Below the pieces are notes generated by a model that did no database searches, was not told the origin of the DNA, and saw nothing but the letters and a program-made list of their open reading frames with translations. Shown here piece after piece: positions 39,101-51,568 of a stretch of DNA of 64,000 nt (positions are counted from its first letter, which is position 1; every line of letters starts with the position of its first letter). The translations under genes were made by a program, and so were the position numbers. This DNA comes from Lytechinus pictus (lineage: Eukaryota), in the NCBI RefSeq assembly GCF_037042905.1, contig NC_087251.1:36272001-36336000 (forward strand). Direction: 5' to 3'.

Positions 39101-42100
39101 GTAGTCATCGCGATCGGGTCTTGACTGTTCATGTTGGAATCCCATCGCATGTCCGATCTCATGGGCGATGGTTCCAAGCTGAAAAGGAAGTTTGAAAATA
39201 TTATTTAAATAAATTATTACGTCTGTAATGATTACCCTTGCAAAATATTATTACGTCTTTAATGATCACCCCTGTCCATCCATGTCCACTAAGCTCAGAA
39301 ATGCACCCTAAAAATCTAATCATACGTGCAACTCTTAATTGCCATAATTGCTAAGCGAAGTGGCGCAAACAAGAAAATCCTCACATTCTTATACCCTCTT
39401 AAAATGGCATGACGCAGTGTGAACTGCTACAACATTGCGGCGTAGCAACAACTGTTAGTTACCTTTATTGCCCCTCTTTTTCATTTGACGGTGTTCCCGC
39501 CACGACTTTGAAATAAAACCCGGGAGGCATCCACGTATGTATGGATATGTGCGGCCCTTAAGACCTAGTCTGCAGGCACAGACCCTGATTGGAACTTTGA
39601 TCAACAAATGTGCCTCCATGCAAAGATTAGCACATACAAAACTTGCTGTTCCAATAGCGAGAGGGCCTTCAGTACACAAGGCATGAGTAGGCTGCAATTC
39701 AGACCCTTTACTCGAGTGAAGGGTTTGCCCAGCAGACTACTTACTTAAGACCTCCTTTTCACGTCTTGCCATGCAGCCGTTCTAAAGTTTTGACCCCTTT
39801 TCACAGATCAACCCGTTATCCCCCTTTCCTTCAGTATGCAGTTGAAATCTCTCGATTTCTCGTTTCATTGCTTATTTTGTAAGCCCCAAAACATAACCCA
39901 TTCCTATGCGTTACATTTCCGATGCAAGCACCAAATATGCTTTGCTCTGCTCTAAACAAAAACGCGCGTAAAAGTTTCATGTCCCTTTGTACACATCATG
40001 ATGTATAGTCGGGTAGATATGATCAAATTTATTGCATGACCGTCAAGTTGGGTATATATGCAATTTCTTTGCTGAAAGTTGTAGTGTAGGGTGTCTACTT
40101 CAAGAATCCGACGGGTGCCACTTGAGCACCCTTGGGCATTTTTTAAATTGACGTCATAGGCCACGCCCACTTTTTAAATACCTCTTAAATATGACTTTCA
40201 TATTTTACGAAATAAACATGTCATGTTTGGTATCAAATTAAAGCTAATGAAAAATCAAATGCAAATATATGGATCACTGGGCATTTAAATTACACGTATG
40301 TTAGTTAAATGTCATTTAAGGTCATAAAAGGTCAAATTGCATTGCAAATGTAAGTAATACATATAAAGCGAAAAATATCATGTTTTAGATACAAATAAGT
40401 TAGGAATTGTGTGCATTTTGTGCTGATAGTTAATTTGAGGGTGCGAATATTAAGAATCCGATGGATGCGACCTTGGTATCCTGAGGAAGTTTGTACTTTT
40501 CTGACGTCATAAACCACACAAACTTTCTTACATTCCTCTGAATTATTACTTTTCTATTGAGCGGAATAAACATATCATGTGTGATATCATATAAGTACAG
40601 ATGCAAAATCAAATCCACATATCTGAATCACAAGGCATTTAGAACGCACTCAGGGCAATTAAAGGTCATTTAAGGTCATGAAAGGTCAAATTAGGTCACA
40701 AATTTAAGCAATGCATCATATAATGCGGACTATCTCAAGAATGGAATACAAACAAGTTGGGTATCAGTTTATGTTAAGGATGTGTATATTAAGAATCTGA
40801 CAGGGACTACTTTGGTAACCTTGGGGCAACGTCATTTTCTGACGTCATAAAAAACACCATCCTTTTCACATAGGTCAACTTCTTGATTAATTAATCTGAT
40901 CTAGTGTATGGAATAAACATATCATGTTTGGTATCGAATTAAAGTCTATGGAAAATGGAATGTACATTTATACAAAAATAAAACACATTGTGTCACAAAC
41001 AAGTACGAGTAGGCCTCATGATATTGATGGCACATTGTCAAATCCCATAACTCTAGAATTTGGACTCCCTCAGGGGTCAATAGTCGGACCCATAGGCTAC
41101 TCAATATATACTCTTCCAGTTGGTGATATCATCCGAAATCACTGTATCAATTATCATTTTTATGCTGACGACATACAATTATACGTTTCTTTTGATCCGA
41201 AGACTCCTGGAGCTCTCAATAATGCACTGGTTAAACTCCAGAATTGTATATCAGATATAAGGCAGTGGATGATAATGAATAAGCTAAAATTAAATGACAA
41301 AAAAAATGAATTTTTTGTTGCGGCCTCTACTTATAACTTGCGCAATCTTCCAAATGTTCAACTTGATGTTGATGGTACACTTATTAGACCATCAGAAAAA
41401 ATACGAAACCTTGGTGTCATATTTGATTCCCGCATGTCAATGTCGTACCATATCTCTCATATCTGTAGCACAGTCACTTTTTATTTAAGGAACATTTCTA
41501 GAATCAGAAGGTTCATTGACCAGTCTGCCTGTCACAATGCTGTTCGTTCATTGGTTCTGTCTCGTATCGATTATTGCAATGGGCTCCTTTCTACAATTCC
41601 CTCTAATCAATTAATTCGTATTCAACGACTACAAAATTGGGCAGCACGATTAATTTTACAGGTTTCCCGAGATCATCCTTCCCAACCACTCTTTAATTCT
41701 CTTCACTGGCTTCCTTTTAAACAGAGAATTACGTTCAAATTACTCTTGATTGTCTACAAAACACTGAATAAACAGGCTCCACAGTATTTAAGTAACTGCT
41801 TGAATCTGTATACACCAACTAGAGCACTTAGGTCGGCCAGTGATCACCTTCGCCTCACATATTCATTAACTCGTACATTAGCTGGTGACAGAACTTTTAC
41901 GGTGTCGGCTTCAAAATCCTGGAACGACCTGCCACTAATAATTAGACAGTCTCCAACATTAGCAATTTTCAAAAAGTCATTAAAAACTCATATTTTTCGT
42001 ACTTTGTAGTTTGTAAAATATTACATTTAATTAATTCATTGTAAGCGCTTTGGGCCTAATGGGAAAAACGCAGTACAAATAATAAGTAATAATAATAATA

Positions 42101-45100
42101 ATAATAATAATGTCCTTTTTGGGTTTACAAGTTTTCTGCATACTGAGGAAAAGGTAATCGATATTATGTATGGTATTGAAACTATAGGAGAAAAAAATGC
42201 TGGCTGTGCACATACCAGTTGTGTTAATTTGGCAAGGGAAATACTTTCACTCTGAACTGAACTGCTTACTATACAGAGCCTGGTGTAGAAGTGGACAGGA
42301 ATCAGGATCAATTAAAGCTGTAGTATTCATACTTTATATCTCTTTCTTAAGTAATAATGAATGTAAAGATTAAGAGCCTACGTACCCCAACTGAAAAGTC
42401 AGCAAAAGAGCGTGTCAAATGTGCTTTTCTCCAGGATCTTTATCCGGAGACAAACTTATCCGAAAGACTCCCCTGCAACTAACCTTTCATGTATGGATGG
42501 GAAGTATAAGTTAGGAGGGCATTCCTGTACATGTTCATAGCACAGTGGATACTCCCATCATGGAATTGTCAGAACTTGTTCCATGTGGATTAATATCGGG
42601 GCCACCATGCATATTCTAGGGCTAGCGTTTGCCACTTTGGTGTATCGTATTGTGCCATTCTAAACTTAACATGCAATTGAGATTGAAGAGGGGGAAATCA
42701 GTCTGGAAGAGGATTAAGCAAGTTCAGAGTGGAAGTCTTTCCCTTGCCCGATTGAAACAATATGGTATCCCAACTTAACATATTGTCTGTGCACAGCCAG
42801 CTTTTTTTCTCCTAGTTTCAATACCATAACTTTAATATCGATCAGTTTTTCATCAGTATGCAGAAGACTTGTAAACCCTAAAAGGAGACAGTCTGGTAGA
42901 ACACAAATTTCAGTGTTGTCAGAGAAAAATTATATATGCTCTACTCCCATGACATCTTCAGAAGATAACTGATAGTACGTGGAACAGGACATTAGGCCTA
43001 CCCGTACTTGATCATGACAAAGTGGTTGCTCCCCATGAATCAACTTGCTTGCAGATGCAAGTCAGTGTAACCTGTTCTATGAGGCTTAATGCAGTTGTTG
43101 CCCAGCCGTCGAATCATGTATTTCATAATTCATACTGCAAGTGTGAAACAAACAAGACGAAGTATACAGCTATTTAAGGCAGAGACATGAAGTCCAGATT
43201 GTTGAGGAAGGAGGATCCGATGAGCATCTGGTCGAAGAGGAATGGGACAAAGGCCAAATGTGAGAGGAATATAAAAAGGATATGTGTAAAACGTTACATT
43301 TGTGTAGATTATTTGGAATCACGTGGACTGATGTGATAAAAAATGTTACACTTTTTTAAGTACTGATTAACTCTCGCCTTCATTAGACCTTTAATGAGCT
43401 AAAATGACATAATTTTTTTATAAATGTGCATTCCATTTTCCATAAGCTTTAATTTGATACCAAACATGATATGCTTATTCCGTACACATATATAGAAAAG
43501 AGATACTGTAAATCATAATTAAGAGGTTGACTTATGTGAAAAGGATGGTGTGGTTTATGACGTCAGAAAATGACGTTGCCCCAAGGGTACCAAATTAGCC
43601 CCTGTCAGATTCTTGATATACACATCCTCAACATAACTTCCAGCCAAAAATACATTTAATGCTCAACTTGTTTGTATTCCAAACATGAGTCCGTATTATA
43701 TGTTGCATTGCTTACATTTGTGACCTAACTTGATTTTGCATTTGCTATAATTTGATATCAAACATGATAGGTATATTCCGCTCAATAATTAAGAGGAATG
43801 GTTTGTGACGTCAGGAAAATAAAAATTACTCAGAATGCCAAGGTCGCACCCATCGGATTCTTCATATTCACACCCTCAACTTAAGTTTCAGCACAAAATG
43901 CACATAATTCCTAACTTATTTGTATTCAAAGCATATTTTTCGCCTCATATGTATTACTTACATTTGCAATGCAATTTGACCTTTGATGACCTTTAACTGA
44001 CATACCTGTTATTTAAATGCCCAGTGATCCATATATTTGCATTTGATTTTTCATAAGCTTTAATTTTATACCAAACATGACATGTTTATTTCGTAAAATA
44101 TGAAAGTCATATGGGCGTGGCATATGACGTCAATTAAAAAAAATGCCCAAGTGGCACCCGTCGGATTCTTGAAGTACACACCCTATACTACAACTTTCAT
44201 CGAAAAAATTGCATATATACCCAACTTGACGGTCATGTTGTGTTTCTACTTGCAGACTTGACTATTACGCATAGTGACCGTGCGGCAGTAGCAATTTATG
44301 GACGGACTTGCTGCTACGTTCTTTCCGTATCCGCTTGGGTCCGCTACATCACTATGTCGCTGGAGCTGTTATTAAGTCCTAAGAAGATCGTTACGTGGAT
44401 TTTGAGCATGTTCAAAGTCTACACAGTGGAAAATGGGTTTCCGGAAACCATGTAGACTCTGCCACGTCAGAAGTAGTTTAGGCTCTTCGTACAGTATAGC
44501 AGTTCCCGCTGCGTTGTGCATGGCCGTTTTCTTAACCCCCCACCCCGCATTTCTACCATCTTCTGCTTTCTGTGAAGGGGGAGTGTCTCATTTAGTAAAA
44601 ATAATAAGAAGAATTAAGTCAACTAAAGGTAATAATAGAAATCGATCACAATCACAAACAATTACACTTAATACTTAATAATACTTAATAAATTAGGACA
44701 GGAAGACATTTTATTGGAACTGCAGAGCATATATCAAGTTCAGTTTTTTTAAGCGGTTGGTTTTTGTAAAATGCTTTTGTTTTTAAATATTACTTGCCTC
44801 CGTGCAACCGGTTCCGATTGATACTTTCTGTGGAAGCATCTCTGCCGCGGCTGTTGGTTGCCTGCCAACGTATGACCAGCACCTACGAAATCGAATTCAT
44901 TCTTAAAGATTCATCCAAATCATATCATACTATTTCAATGACTCATTAAAATAATTTCCTAAGATTTTTACGGTTTAAAAATTATCATGACTCAATTTTC
45001 TTGACCTTTCGGATAATTATATTTCTTTTCCCCAAACATATTCTGAGGCGTAAATAATGGTTCGACCCCAAACCTGCTTATTTCGTTTTACACGTATCTG

Positions 45101-48100
45101 GTGAACAAGTTTGACAATCCATCTTTCGCTGAGAAACTATTAAGCCAATATTCAACAAATATTGTTTAGGGAGGAAAATTTACTGGTATTTGGGTAAATC
45201 ATATGAAACTGTGGGACTAATTGATCTGCTGAAATCATTATGGGCAAATTTAAAAAGGCAAGTTTTCAAAAAGTTACATACCATTCATTACATAACCTTG
45301 CATTTTGATCGCTAATCACACTGGTAACATACATAGAAATGCTGTAATGAGCAACTTCAAACATCAAAGGATGCACCCTTCTACGAAGCTCTTGCTTATT
45401 AATGACAAACTTACCCGTCCTCTCGCACGAACCGAAGATATTGGTTATGACTAAGTGAACCTGCTAATTCGGAATATGGTACAAATTGAACACACGCCTT
45501 GCTAGTCCAATGCTCCATTGCAGCGTATATGAATGGTATATCTTCGCCTATAATTATCAAAAAGAAAAAAAAGTTCATCAAGATGTTAACTTGCTTCTTA
45601 AAGGTAGAATATCGTAGTGAATAATCTTAGATTCATAGATTAGAAGACGTCATGCAGCGGTCACATCAACGAAACAGACTCCAAATGACCGAATGCCTGT
45701 CATCGGCAATAATGTAATAACTTTGTCGGTTTGACAGGTGTGACTGAAGCGTTATTGCACCGTGGAAGTCAAATAAAAAGAATGCATCTTTTCTTTAATC
45801 ACATTACTTTAATTTTGATGACATGCATGGGGCGGGGAAGGGGGTTGACTGATTCCTTATCTTGCCGAGACACCTTATCTCATCTACTCTTCCGTCACCG
45901 ACACCCCTCATCTCATCTACCCTTCGCCGACGAGATTCCTTATCTCATCTTCTCTTCCGTCACCGACATCCCTCATCTCATCTACCCTTTGCCGACGAGA
46001 TTCTTTATCTCATCTGCTCTTCGTCGCCGACACCCCTCATCTTCCATTCGCCGACAAGTTTCTTTATCTCATCAACCCTTCGCCGACGACACCCCTCATC
46101 TCATCTACCCTTCGCCGACGAGATTCTTTATCTCATCTACTCTTCGTCGCCGACACCCCTCATCTCATCTACTCTTCGTCACAGACACCCCTCATCTCAT
46201 CTACCCTTCGCCGACGAGAGTCCTTATCTCATCTACTCTTCGTTGCCGACACCCTTCATCTCATCTACCCATCGCCGACGAGATTCATTATCTCATCTAC
46301 CCTTTGCCAACGAAATTCCGTATCTCATCTACTCTTCGTCACCGACACCCCTCATCTCATCTACCCTTCTCCGACGAGATTCATCATCTCATGTACCATT
46401 CGCCGAGATTCCTTATCTCATCTACCCTTCGCCGACGAGATTCCGTATCTCATCTACTCTTCGTCACCGACACCTCTCATCTCATCTTCCCTTCGCCGAC
46501 GAGATTTCGTATCTCATCTTCTATCCGTCACCGACACCTCTCATCTCATCTACCCTTCGCCGACGAGATTTCTCATCCCTTCTATCCTTCGCCGCCAGAC
46601 TCCTTATCTCTTCTTCTCCTTGCCGCCCAGAACCATTTTCTAACATTCTCTTCGTCATCGAGGCTCATCTCGTGATAGAGTTTTGGCAGTGGCGACGCCA
46701 ACCGCTCTCTACAACGCACCATTCCTTTGAAAACACAAGTTACATCACAATGGAGAGCTGAGAGCGGAGACTCCTTATCTCATCAACTCTTCACCGCCAA
46801 GACTCTATATCTCGCTTATTCTTTGCCGCCATGACTCCTTTTCTCATCTAATCCTTTCCGCTGAGACTAATTTTCTCATGTATCCTTCGTCACCGAGATT
46901 CCTTATCTCGCCTCGCCTTCCCTACCGAGAACCCTTTTCTCATCTACTCTTCGTCGTTGAGACTCCTAATGTCATCTACTCTTCGCCACCGAGACTTCTT
47001 ATCTTTTCTACTCTTTGCCACTATTACTCCTTATCCCACCTACCCATCACCGTAGAGACTCCCCCCCCCCCCCCACCTACTCTCGGCCTCATTTGCTCTT
47101 CTCCTATTCCTATATAGCCATCGTATCTCATCTCGTTCGCAGTCCTTCTAAGAACTCTCGCCTTATCCCATATTATAACACTTTCTTCTCCTTCATTTAT
47201 ATATTTCGTTCTCGCCTGTCAATTCTCTTATTTTCATTTTTAATCCATTTGTCTTCATTCGGCCGAAACCGTCGTAAATGTCCACTTTAGGACAATCATG
47301 GACCTGCTACTCTGTGCAAAACCTTCCCTCGAGTTAATTGGTCTTAATGCAAAGCCTACAATGAGGTGTGTACTGAAGGCCCTCTCGTTTAGCAAGTTTT
47401 ATATGTGCTAGTCTTTGTGTGAAGACCCACTTATAAAAAAAAATAATAAGGGTCTGTGCCTGCATAATTATCTTAGTCTTAGGGTCAGTTGACGAGAATA
47501 CATATTCTACATTGCGTTTGAATTATATTAGTTTATTTTTCATTTAGTGTAATCTATATCACGATATTTTCTATTGTATCATATCGCGTCCCTTCCTTGA
47601 ATAGAGTAAATGACTAAAACAGAAGAAGAGAGAAGAATTAAGAGGTAGGCCTTGATGAATTCAAAGCTTACTTGGGCTATCAATTGTGTATGGCACAATG
47701 GCGTCCCCATTGTCATCCCCATTGTATCTTGTCCATCTGTACACAACATCTCTGAGGGCCTTCCTCTTGCTCCGCCCATCCGTCATCTGACGAATATATT
47801 CCTCCTGTTCTTCATTCAAGATCATGTCGTTGTTCTGTTCGTCACCGGGTACTCTGGACGAGAACGGGTCGACGAACTTGTTTTCAACGGGTACGTACAC
47901 GACTTCGCCGTTGAATTTAAACTTCCTCATAGGCCGTTCCTATCAAGATACAACAAAGTGATTCACATTCATTGTTTCGAAACCCAGTGGAGATTAAATG
48001 TAGTTCAGAGCTCAGGGTCCCGTCGTACAAAGTGTTTTGATTTATCTGATCAACTTCAATTCTATGGAAATCCACCATGGTCATAATATTTTCTACAAGA

Positions 48101-49771
48101 AATTTGATCAAATTCCTTTGTAAACAAAGAGAAGCACAATTAATTATCAAGAAAACAATGAATGTGTGAATATACATCATTCATATTTATAAGAAAATAG
48201 AAAATATTTTGAACAAGCGTGCGAAATAGATATTGATGTTGCTGACTTTCCATAGTTGTGGTTGATTGGATCAATCGCAACTCTTTGTAAGACGGGGCAT
48301 AGAACTATGATAGGGAGTTTTCGCCCCAGTATTCGCTTCCATGATGCACGACAGATTCATGACAATGAACAACCAAGAAGTCTTTGTCGAAAATGGATGA
48401 AAACAGCAGTTACGTCCTTGGACTCTGGACAAACGACATATTTGCAATTTTTCATCAGCTCCGAAACTTAAGACGAAACTGCTGTTCCGGTTCACCAATT
48501 TTCTACAAAGACCTCTCAGCTGTTCTTTGTCATTTGATGGGCATTTCAATACATTTACTGTGTTCTTGAATCCGTCGTGCGCACAAACTCCTTATTATAA
48601 TTCAGACATATATGGTGCCAAAAGCATTAAAATGTCCATATCGTTTCCTATCAAGTAAACACATTCACAGAATCACAGAAAAATAAATGCTCAAAGCAAA
48701 TACTCATTCATATCAAATGAAGCATTTAATTAATTCGCTTTTCTCGCTTTGAGCTTGCATTTACTTTTGGTTCAACAATAATGTAGTCCGTGCCGACACG
48801 AACACTTTCTAATGCGTAGGCACTATCCGACCATGCCTAACAATCGATTTTTTAATTCTTAAACTCTATCAACCAAAATAAGATGTCAATTTCAGCATTT
48901 TAGGTGATCGCATATAGAGTAACTGCCCGTGGAAGAGCAAAAAATTAACTCCAATATTTCAATATGTATTCATACATTGCAACTTGGTTTGTTCTATCTT
49001 CTTCTCTGACCTACGAAATATGTTTATCTAATTAAAGATGTTTTTAAAATGGATCACTCATGTTTGACATACATGTAGGGGGTAATTAAAAAGAAGTTAA
49101 TATCGACTAAAGCAGTAATATAAGGGTTTCAAAGAGAAGGGGTATGCGCAGCGGAATATAGAAAAAGAATACACACTGTAAGAAATGAAGTGCTAATTTA
49201 GTGCTTACAGTGGTTGTATGCTGACTGCACTTAGAGTGCTGATTTTCTAGTTCAAATTTAAACTAGAAAATCAGCACTCGTAGTACAATTACTATACAAG
49301 CACTGTAGTGTAAGTGCGAAATTAGCACTTCATTTTTTTTACGTTGCAGGGGCTCAAAGAGAATCTCTTCTGATTAAGGGTGGTGATACAAATTACGTCA
49401 AAAGTTGACTGAAGCCGGCTCGAATTATGTGTAACCTCCACCTCCCATGTTTTTAAAAAGCCGGATTGACGCCTGCTCGGACTGAGTCCACCACTGGATG
49501 TCCTGCAATTGGTATGAGTAACAGCCCATGCATGTGGACTGAGGACGGCTTGACTACTGAACTATAAAATTATAGCAAACGAACCGAATCAAGAACATTT
49601 TTTAATTTAAGATATGAAAAGTCAGGTGCCTGGTGTCACGTGCATGAGTGACGTGAAGCCGGCTTATGCAGGCCTCAGACTCGAGGCTGCTTCAAAGTCG
49701 GCGTCGGGACCGCCTTTAAACCCGACTCAGGCGTATCAGTCTAATAATGGAACTGGATACACAATAACCTG

Positions 49772-49805
<34 letters not shown>

Positions 49806-51490
49806 TGCGTATCAAAAAAAAGTTTAAACTCTGAAAAAGCCCTGGGAATTGAAAAATATACCACATGTGGGTAATTTTTTCACATGTATTTTTGGGTTTG
49901 GATCTCATCTATGAGAAAGTAAAAGTTATGACAGAATGTTACACTTGAGTGAGCACTGTCCATTTTTGTAAAGCTCGAAGATATCTGTTTGCGCAGAAAT
50001 GCCCTTTTCACGCCGCTGTGTCAAGGGGAAAGGGCGAAATCAAACTTACCCTGCCAAACATTTCTCATACATTTCCCTAGCACTTTTAGTCAATTGAAAT
50101 GAAATGGATACATTCAAGCATTTTGTAACAATTTTGCCACCAAAATTGAAATTTAAACACTTAGTAAGCACAACCTATACCCTTTTGTGCCAGCTGGATC
50201 TGGGGACATAACTGAATCTGAACAAAAGTTTATATCAGACATCTCCCGCATTTTTCACTAAGTTTTTATCATTAAATTAAAGTGGGTTTACATTTAATTT
50301 TCATTTCATACTTGTTTCTCCACACTTTCCCAAGCTTGACAATGATTAACAAAATAAAAATCAAGCCTAACCCATTTCATGTAAATCACAGCTCAGTGTA
50401 AAGCAAATATCGTCACGATGGCCTCGGTGTGTGGGGGAGTGGGGTAGGGCGCAATGCACTCTTCGAAGTGTTTTGGGCAAGGAAACAAGTTTAAAAAGGT
50501 AAAATATATCTTCAAATCAATTATACTAGCTAATTTCCACGTATTCTTCATGATTAAGGTCTACTTTTATTCGCATGACTATTTCAAAGTTCTGCGCAAA
50601 TCATCTTTCACTAACTTTTCAAAAGTGGTGCTCACTCAAGCGGAAATATTTTTTCGACAGTTATATCGTAATTTGCTTAAATGGATCTGTACCAATGTTG
50701 AAATGTGGAAAAATCTTCAGGATATTACAAATGTATAATTTTCCAGGAATTTTTCTAAGTGTAATCTTTTTTTTGATACGCACTGTATATGTACACACAG
50801 ATTCGCTGGCGTATAGATGTGGGATAACTTATAGGGCATTGGACCCCCAAAGGTTCCACGAGTGATGGAGAAAAAATGGAAGAAGGGGGAAAAAAACAGT
50901 TGCAAGATAATAGCATTTGTAAATAATTGTGCCACAATATATCACAAATTTCTATCCAAAATGCCAATAAATGTTACTTGCTTACTTCGCTCACTTTTAG
51001 GAATATATACTACATACACCAAGTCATGCCCACTTAAAAATGTTAACTTTCTACACCACTGCAGAAAATGATACACAAGACCGTAAACTCGAAGACTTGC
51101 AAACTAATTTGAGATAAATGCAATTCAATTCTATTCGAAATGGTTTATCAAAATACTTTCTTTGCGGCAAAAACCAGATTGCAGAGGTAAACTTTTTAAC
51201 AAGGTAAAAAATAACTTATTTGAATACAGACATATAATAACAGAGTATAACAATATATACATTTAAATACTCATCAAATAGGAAATTGTGCAAAAAAAAT
51301 GAAAATATACCTAATGTGTTTCCATGTATTAGTATTTGTAAGAAACAGGGACATTTTAATGATAAATACATGAATACATGTAGGAAGTAAAGTAAAGTGC
51401 TCTTTGTGTTACCTTGTTAGATAATGGCTTGCCTAGACTGGCCGCAACCAAACAGGTCACCACCACGATGCATGCTGAAAAGAGTCCCAT
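27825..51490 (-). CDS. Secreted astacin-family Zn metalloprotease of blastula protease 10 / SpAN type (signal-pro-astacin-EGF-CUB-Thr-rich-CUB), 10 exons, 652 aa
   Basis: Minus-strand exons 51490-51413 (signal peptide MGLFSACIVVVTCLVAASLG), 47939-47672 (prodomain, furin site RSKR), 45547-45415, 44882-44798 (GCWSYVGR), 39178-38972 (HEIGHAMGFQHEQSRPDRD and Met-turn SVMHY), 34369-34114 (astacin end plus 6-Cys EGF), 32233-32133 and 30104-29588 (CUB1 plus Thr-rich linker), 28714-28528 and 27951-27825 (CUB2, TAG). Total 1959 nt with all phases compatible. Confidence 0.92.
27985..28320. repeat. Degenerate (TAA)n/(TGA)n microsatellite region
   Basis: Runs of aat/gat triplets in the last intron of the astacin gene. 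Confidence 0.85.
29590..29850 (-). repeat. Coding minisatellite, 30-nt unit encoding VVTTAAPT(A/E/Q)AP, about 8 copies (mucin-like linker)
   Basis: Repeated ggtagttacgaccggtgctgcggttggcgcc units, in frame within astacin exon 8 between the two CUB domains. Confidence 0.9.
30538..31775. mobile_element. Helentron/HINE-like non-autonomous element with internal ~120-bp tandem array
   Basis: Starts acaagtgga...gtctcacctgcatc and ends gcggcgcctatag...atgcag[insertion]ctgagac. Flanked by A-runs with no TSD. Contains internal repeats tgaccttggtcatgtgacctgaaactcgc. Confidence 0.7.
31592..31761. mobile_element. PIF/Harbinger-like MITE inserted into the end of the Helentron-like element
   Basis: TIR gggtgtttcataaagctgttcgtaa with 3-bp TSD CAG (31589-31591 and 31762-31764). 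The empty site is visible in the sister copy at 37197-37209. Confidence 0.8.
33110..34035. mobile_element. Tc1/mariner-like non-autonomous element with long TIRs, in a (TA)n tract
   Basis: Perfect terminal inverted repeat cagtaccagtcaaaagtttgggtacacc, with imperfect inverted arms extending about 200 bp. Confidence 0.85.
34453..35070. mobile_element. CACTA-like MITE carrying a nested palindromic MITE (~34728-35038)
   Basis: Outer ends cactgcaaaa / ttttgcagtg with TSD TA. Inner TIR gggccgattgcacgaaagggtct / agaccctttcgtgcaatcggccc. Confidence 0.75.
35620..38927. mobile_element. Inverted copy of the 12259-14326 family carrying two nested insertions
   Basis: Ends cataggcggatccag / ctggatccgcccctg and is colinear in reverse complement with 12259-14326, apart from insertions at 36245-37212 and ~38193-38578. 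Confidence 0.82.
36245..37212. mobile_element. Helentron/HINE-like element with ~120-bp internal tandem array (same family as 30538-31775)
   Basis: Subterminal inverted repeat gtctcacctgcat / atgcaggtgagac, a terminal hairpin, a (GCC)n microsatellite near the end, and insertion into an A-run without TSD. Confidence 0.75.
40006..44264. mobile_element. Large foldback DNA element with ~1-kb inverted arms (possibly Academ-like), in astacin intron 4
   Basis: 40035-40990 is the degenerate reverse complement of ~43430-44237 (for example catgaccgtcaagttgggtatatatgcaattt). Inner arms are 42110-42210 and 42788-42890. Putative termini are TAGTC...GACTA. Confidence 0.7.
41021..42109 (+). mobile_element. 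5'-truncated L2-like LINE: reverse-transcriptase C-terminal half plus 3' UTR
   Basis: Open frame with GLPQGSIVGP, YADDIQLY, KLKLN, RNLGVIFD, SRIDYCN, LQNWAAR and LHWLP motifs, stop at 42009, then a tgtaagcgctttg...aacgc 3' end and an (AAT)n tail. Confidence 0.9.
45855..47050. repeat. Pyrimidine-rich minisatellite, ~32+33-bp dimeric unit (tctcatctactcttcgtcaccgacacccctca / tctcatctacccttcgccgacgagattcctta)
   Basis: Regular copies from 45860 to 46620 that decay towards ~47050. This repeat explains the long ORFs 45731-46675 and 45862-46761. Confidence 0.9.
49174..49346. mobile_element. Small palindromic CACTA-like MITE
   Basis: cactgtaagaaatgaagtgctaattt ... aaattagcacttcatttttttacg around the central palindrome agtgctgattttctagtt-caaattta-aactagaaaatcagcact. 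Confidence 0.65.
49803..50785. mobile_element. Tc1/mariner-like MITE
   Basis: TIR cagtgcgtatcaaaaaaaa / ttttttttgatacgcactg with TA on both sides, next to a (TA)n tract. Confidence 0.85.
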
Positions 51491-51560
51491 CTTTGGTTAA
51501 AACTAAGAGATGCTTAGCTGAATGACGAGTACCACGAAATCTTTCCCAATATGACCGGTG

Positions 51561-51568
51561 TATTTATA
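51561..51568 (-). promoter_or_regulatory. TATA box of the astacin gene
   Basis: TATAAATA on the minus strand about 70 nt upstream of the ATG at 51490. Confidence 0.55.

Noticed and set aside
40924..41020. N-terminal part of the 361-aa RT ORF as a real gene start
   Set aside because: This part is foldback-arm sequence joined in frame by chance to a 5'-truncated LINE. The endonuclease and the first RT motifs are missing.
45731..46761. Two long overlapping ORFs (314 and 299 aa)
   Set aside because: They are translations of a stop-poor minisatellite inside an intron, with repetitive peptides and no domain signal.
47917..48180. Upstream ORF or alternative acceptor near 48116 for astacin exon 2
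   Set aside because: It is in a different frame from the prodomain. The acceptor at 47940/47939 joins exon 1 in phase 0 cleanly.
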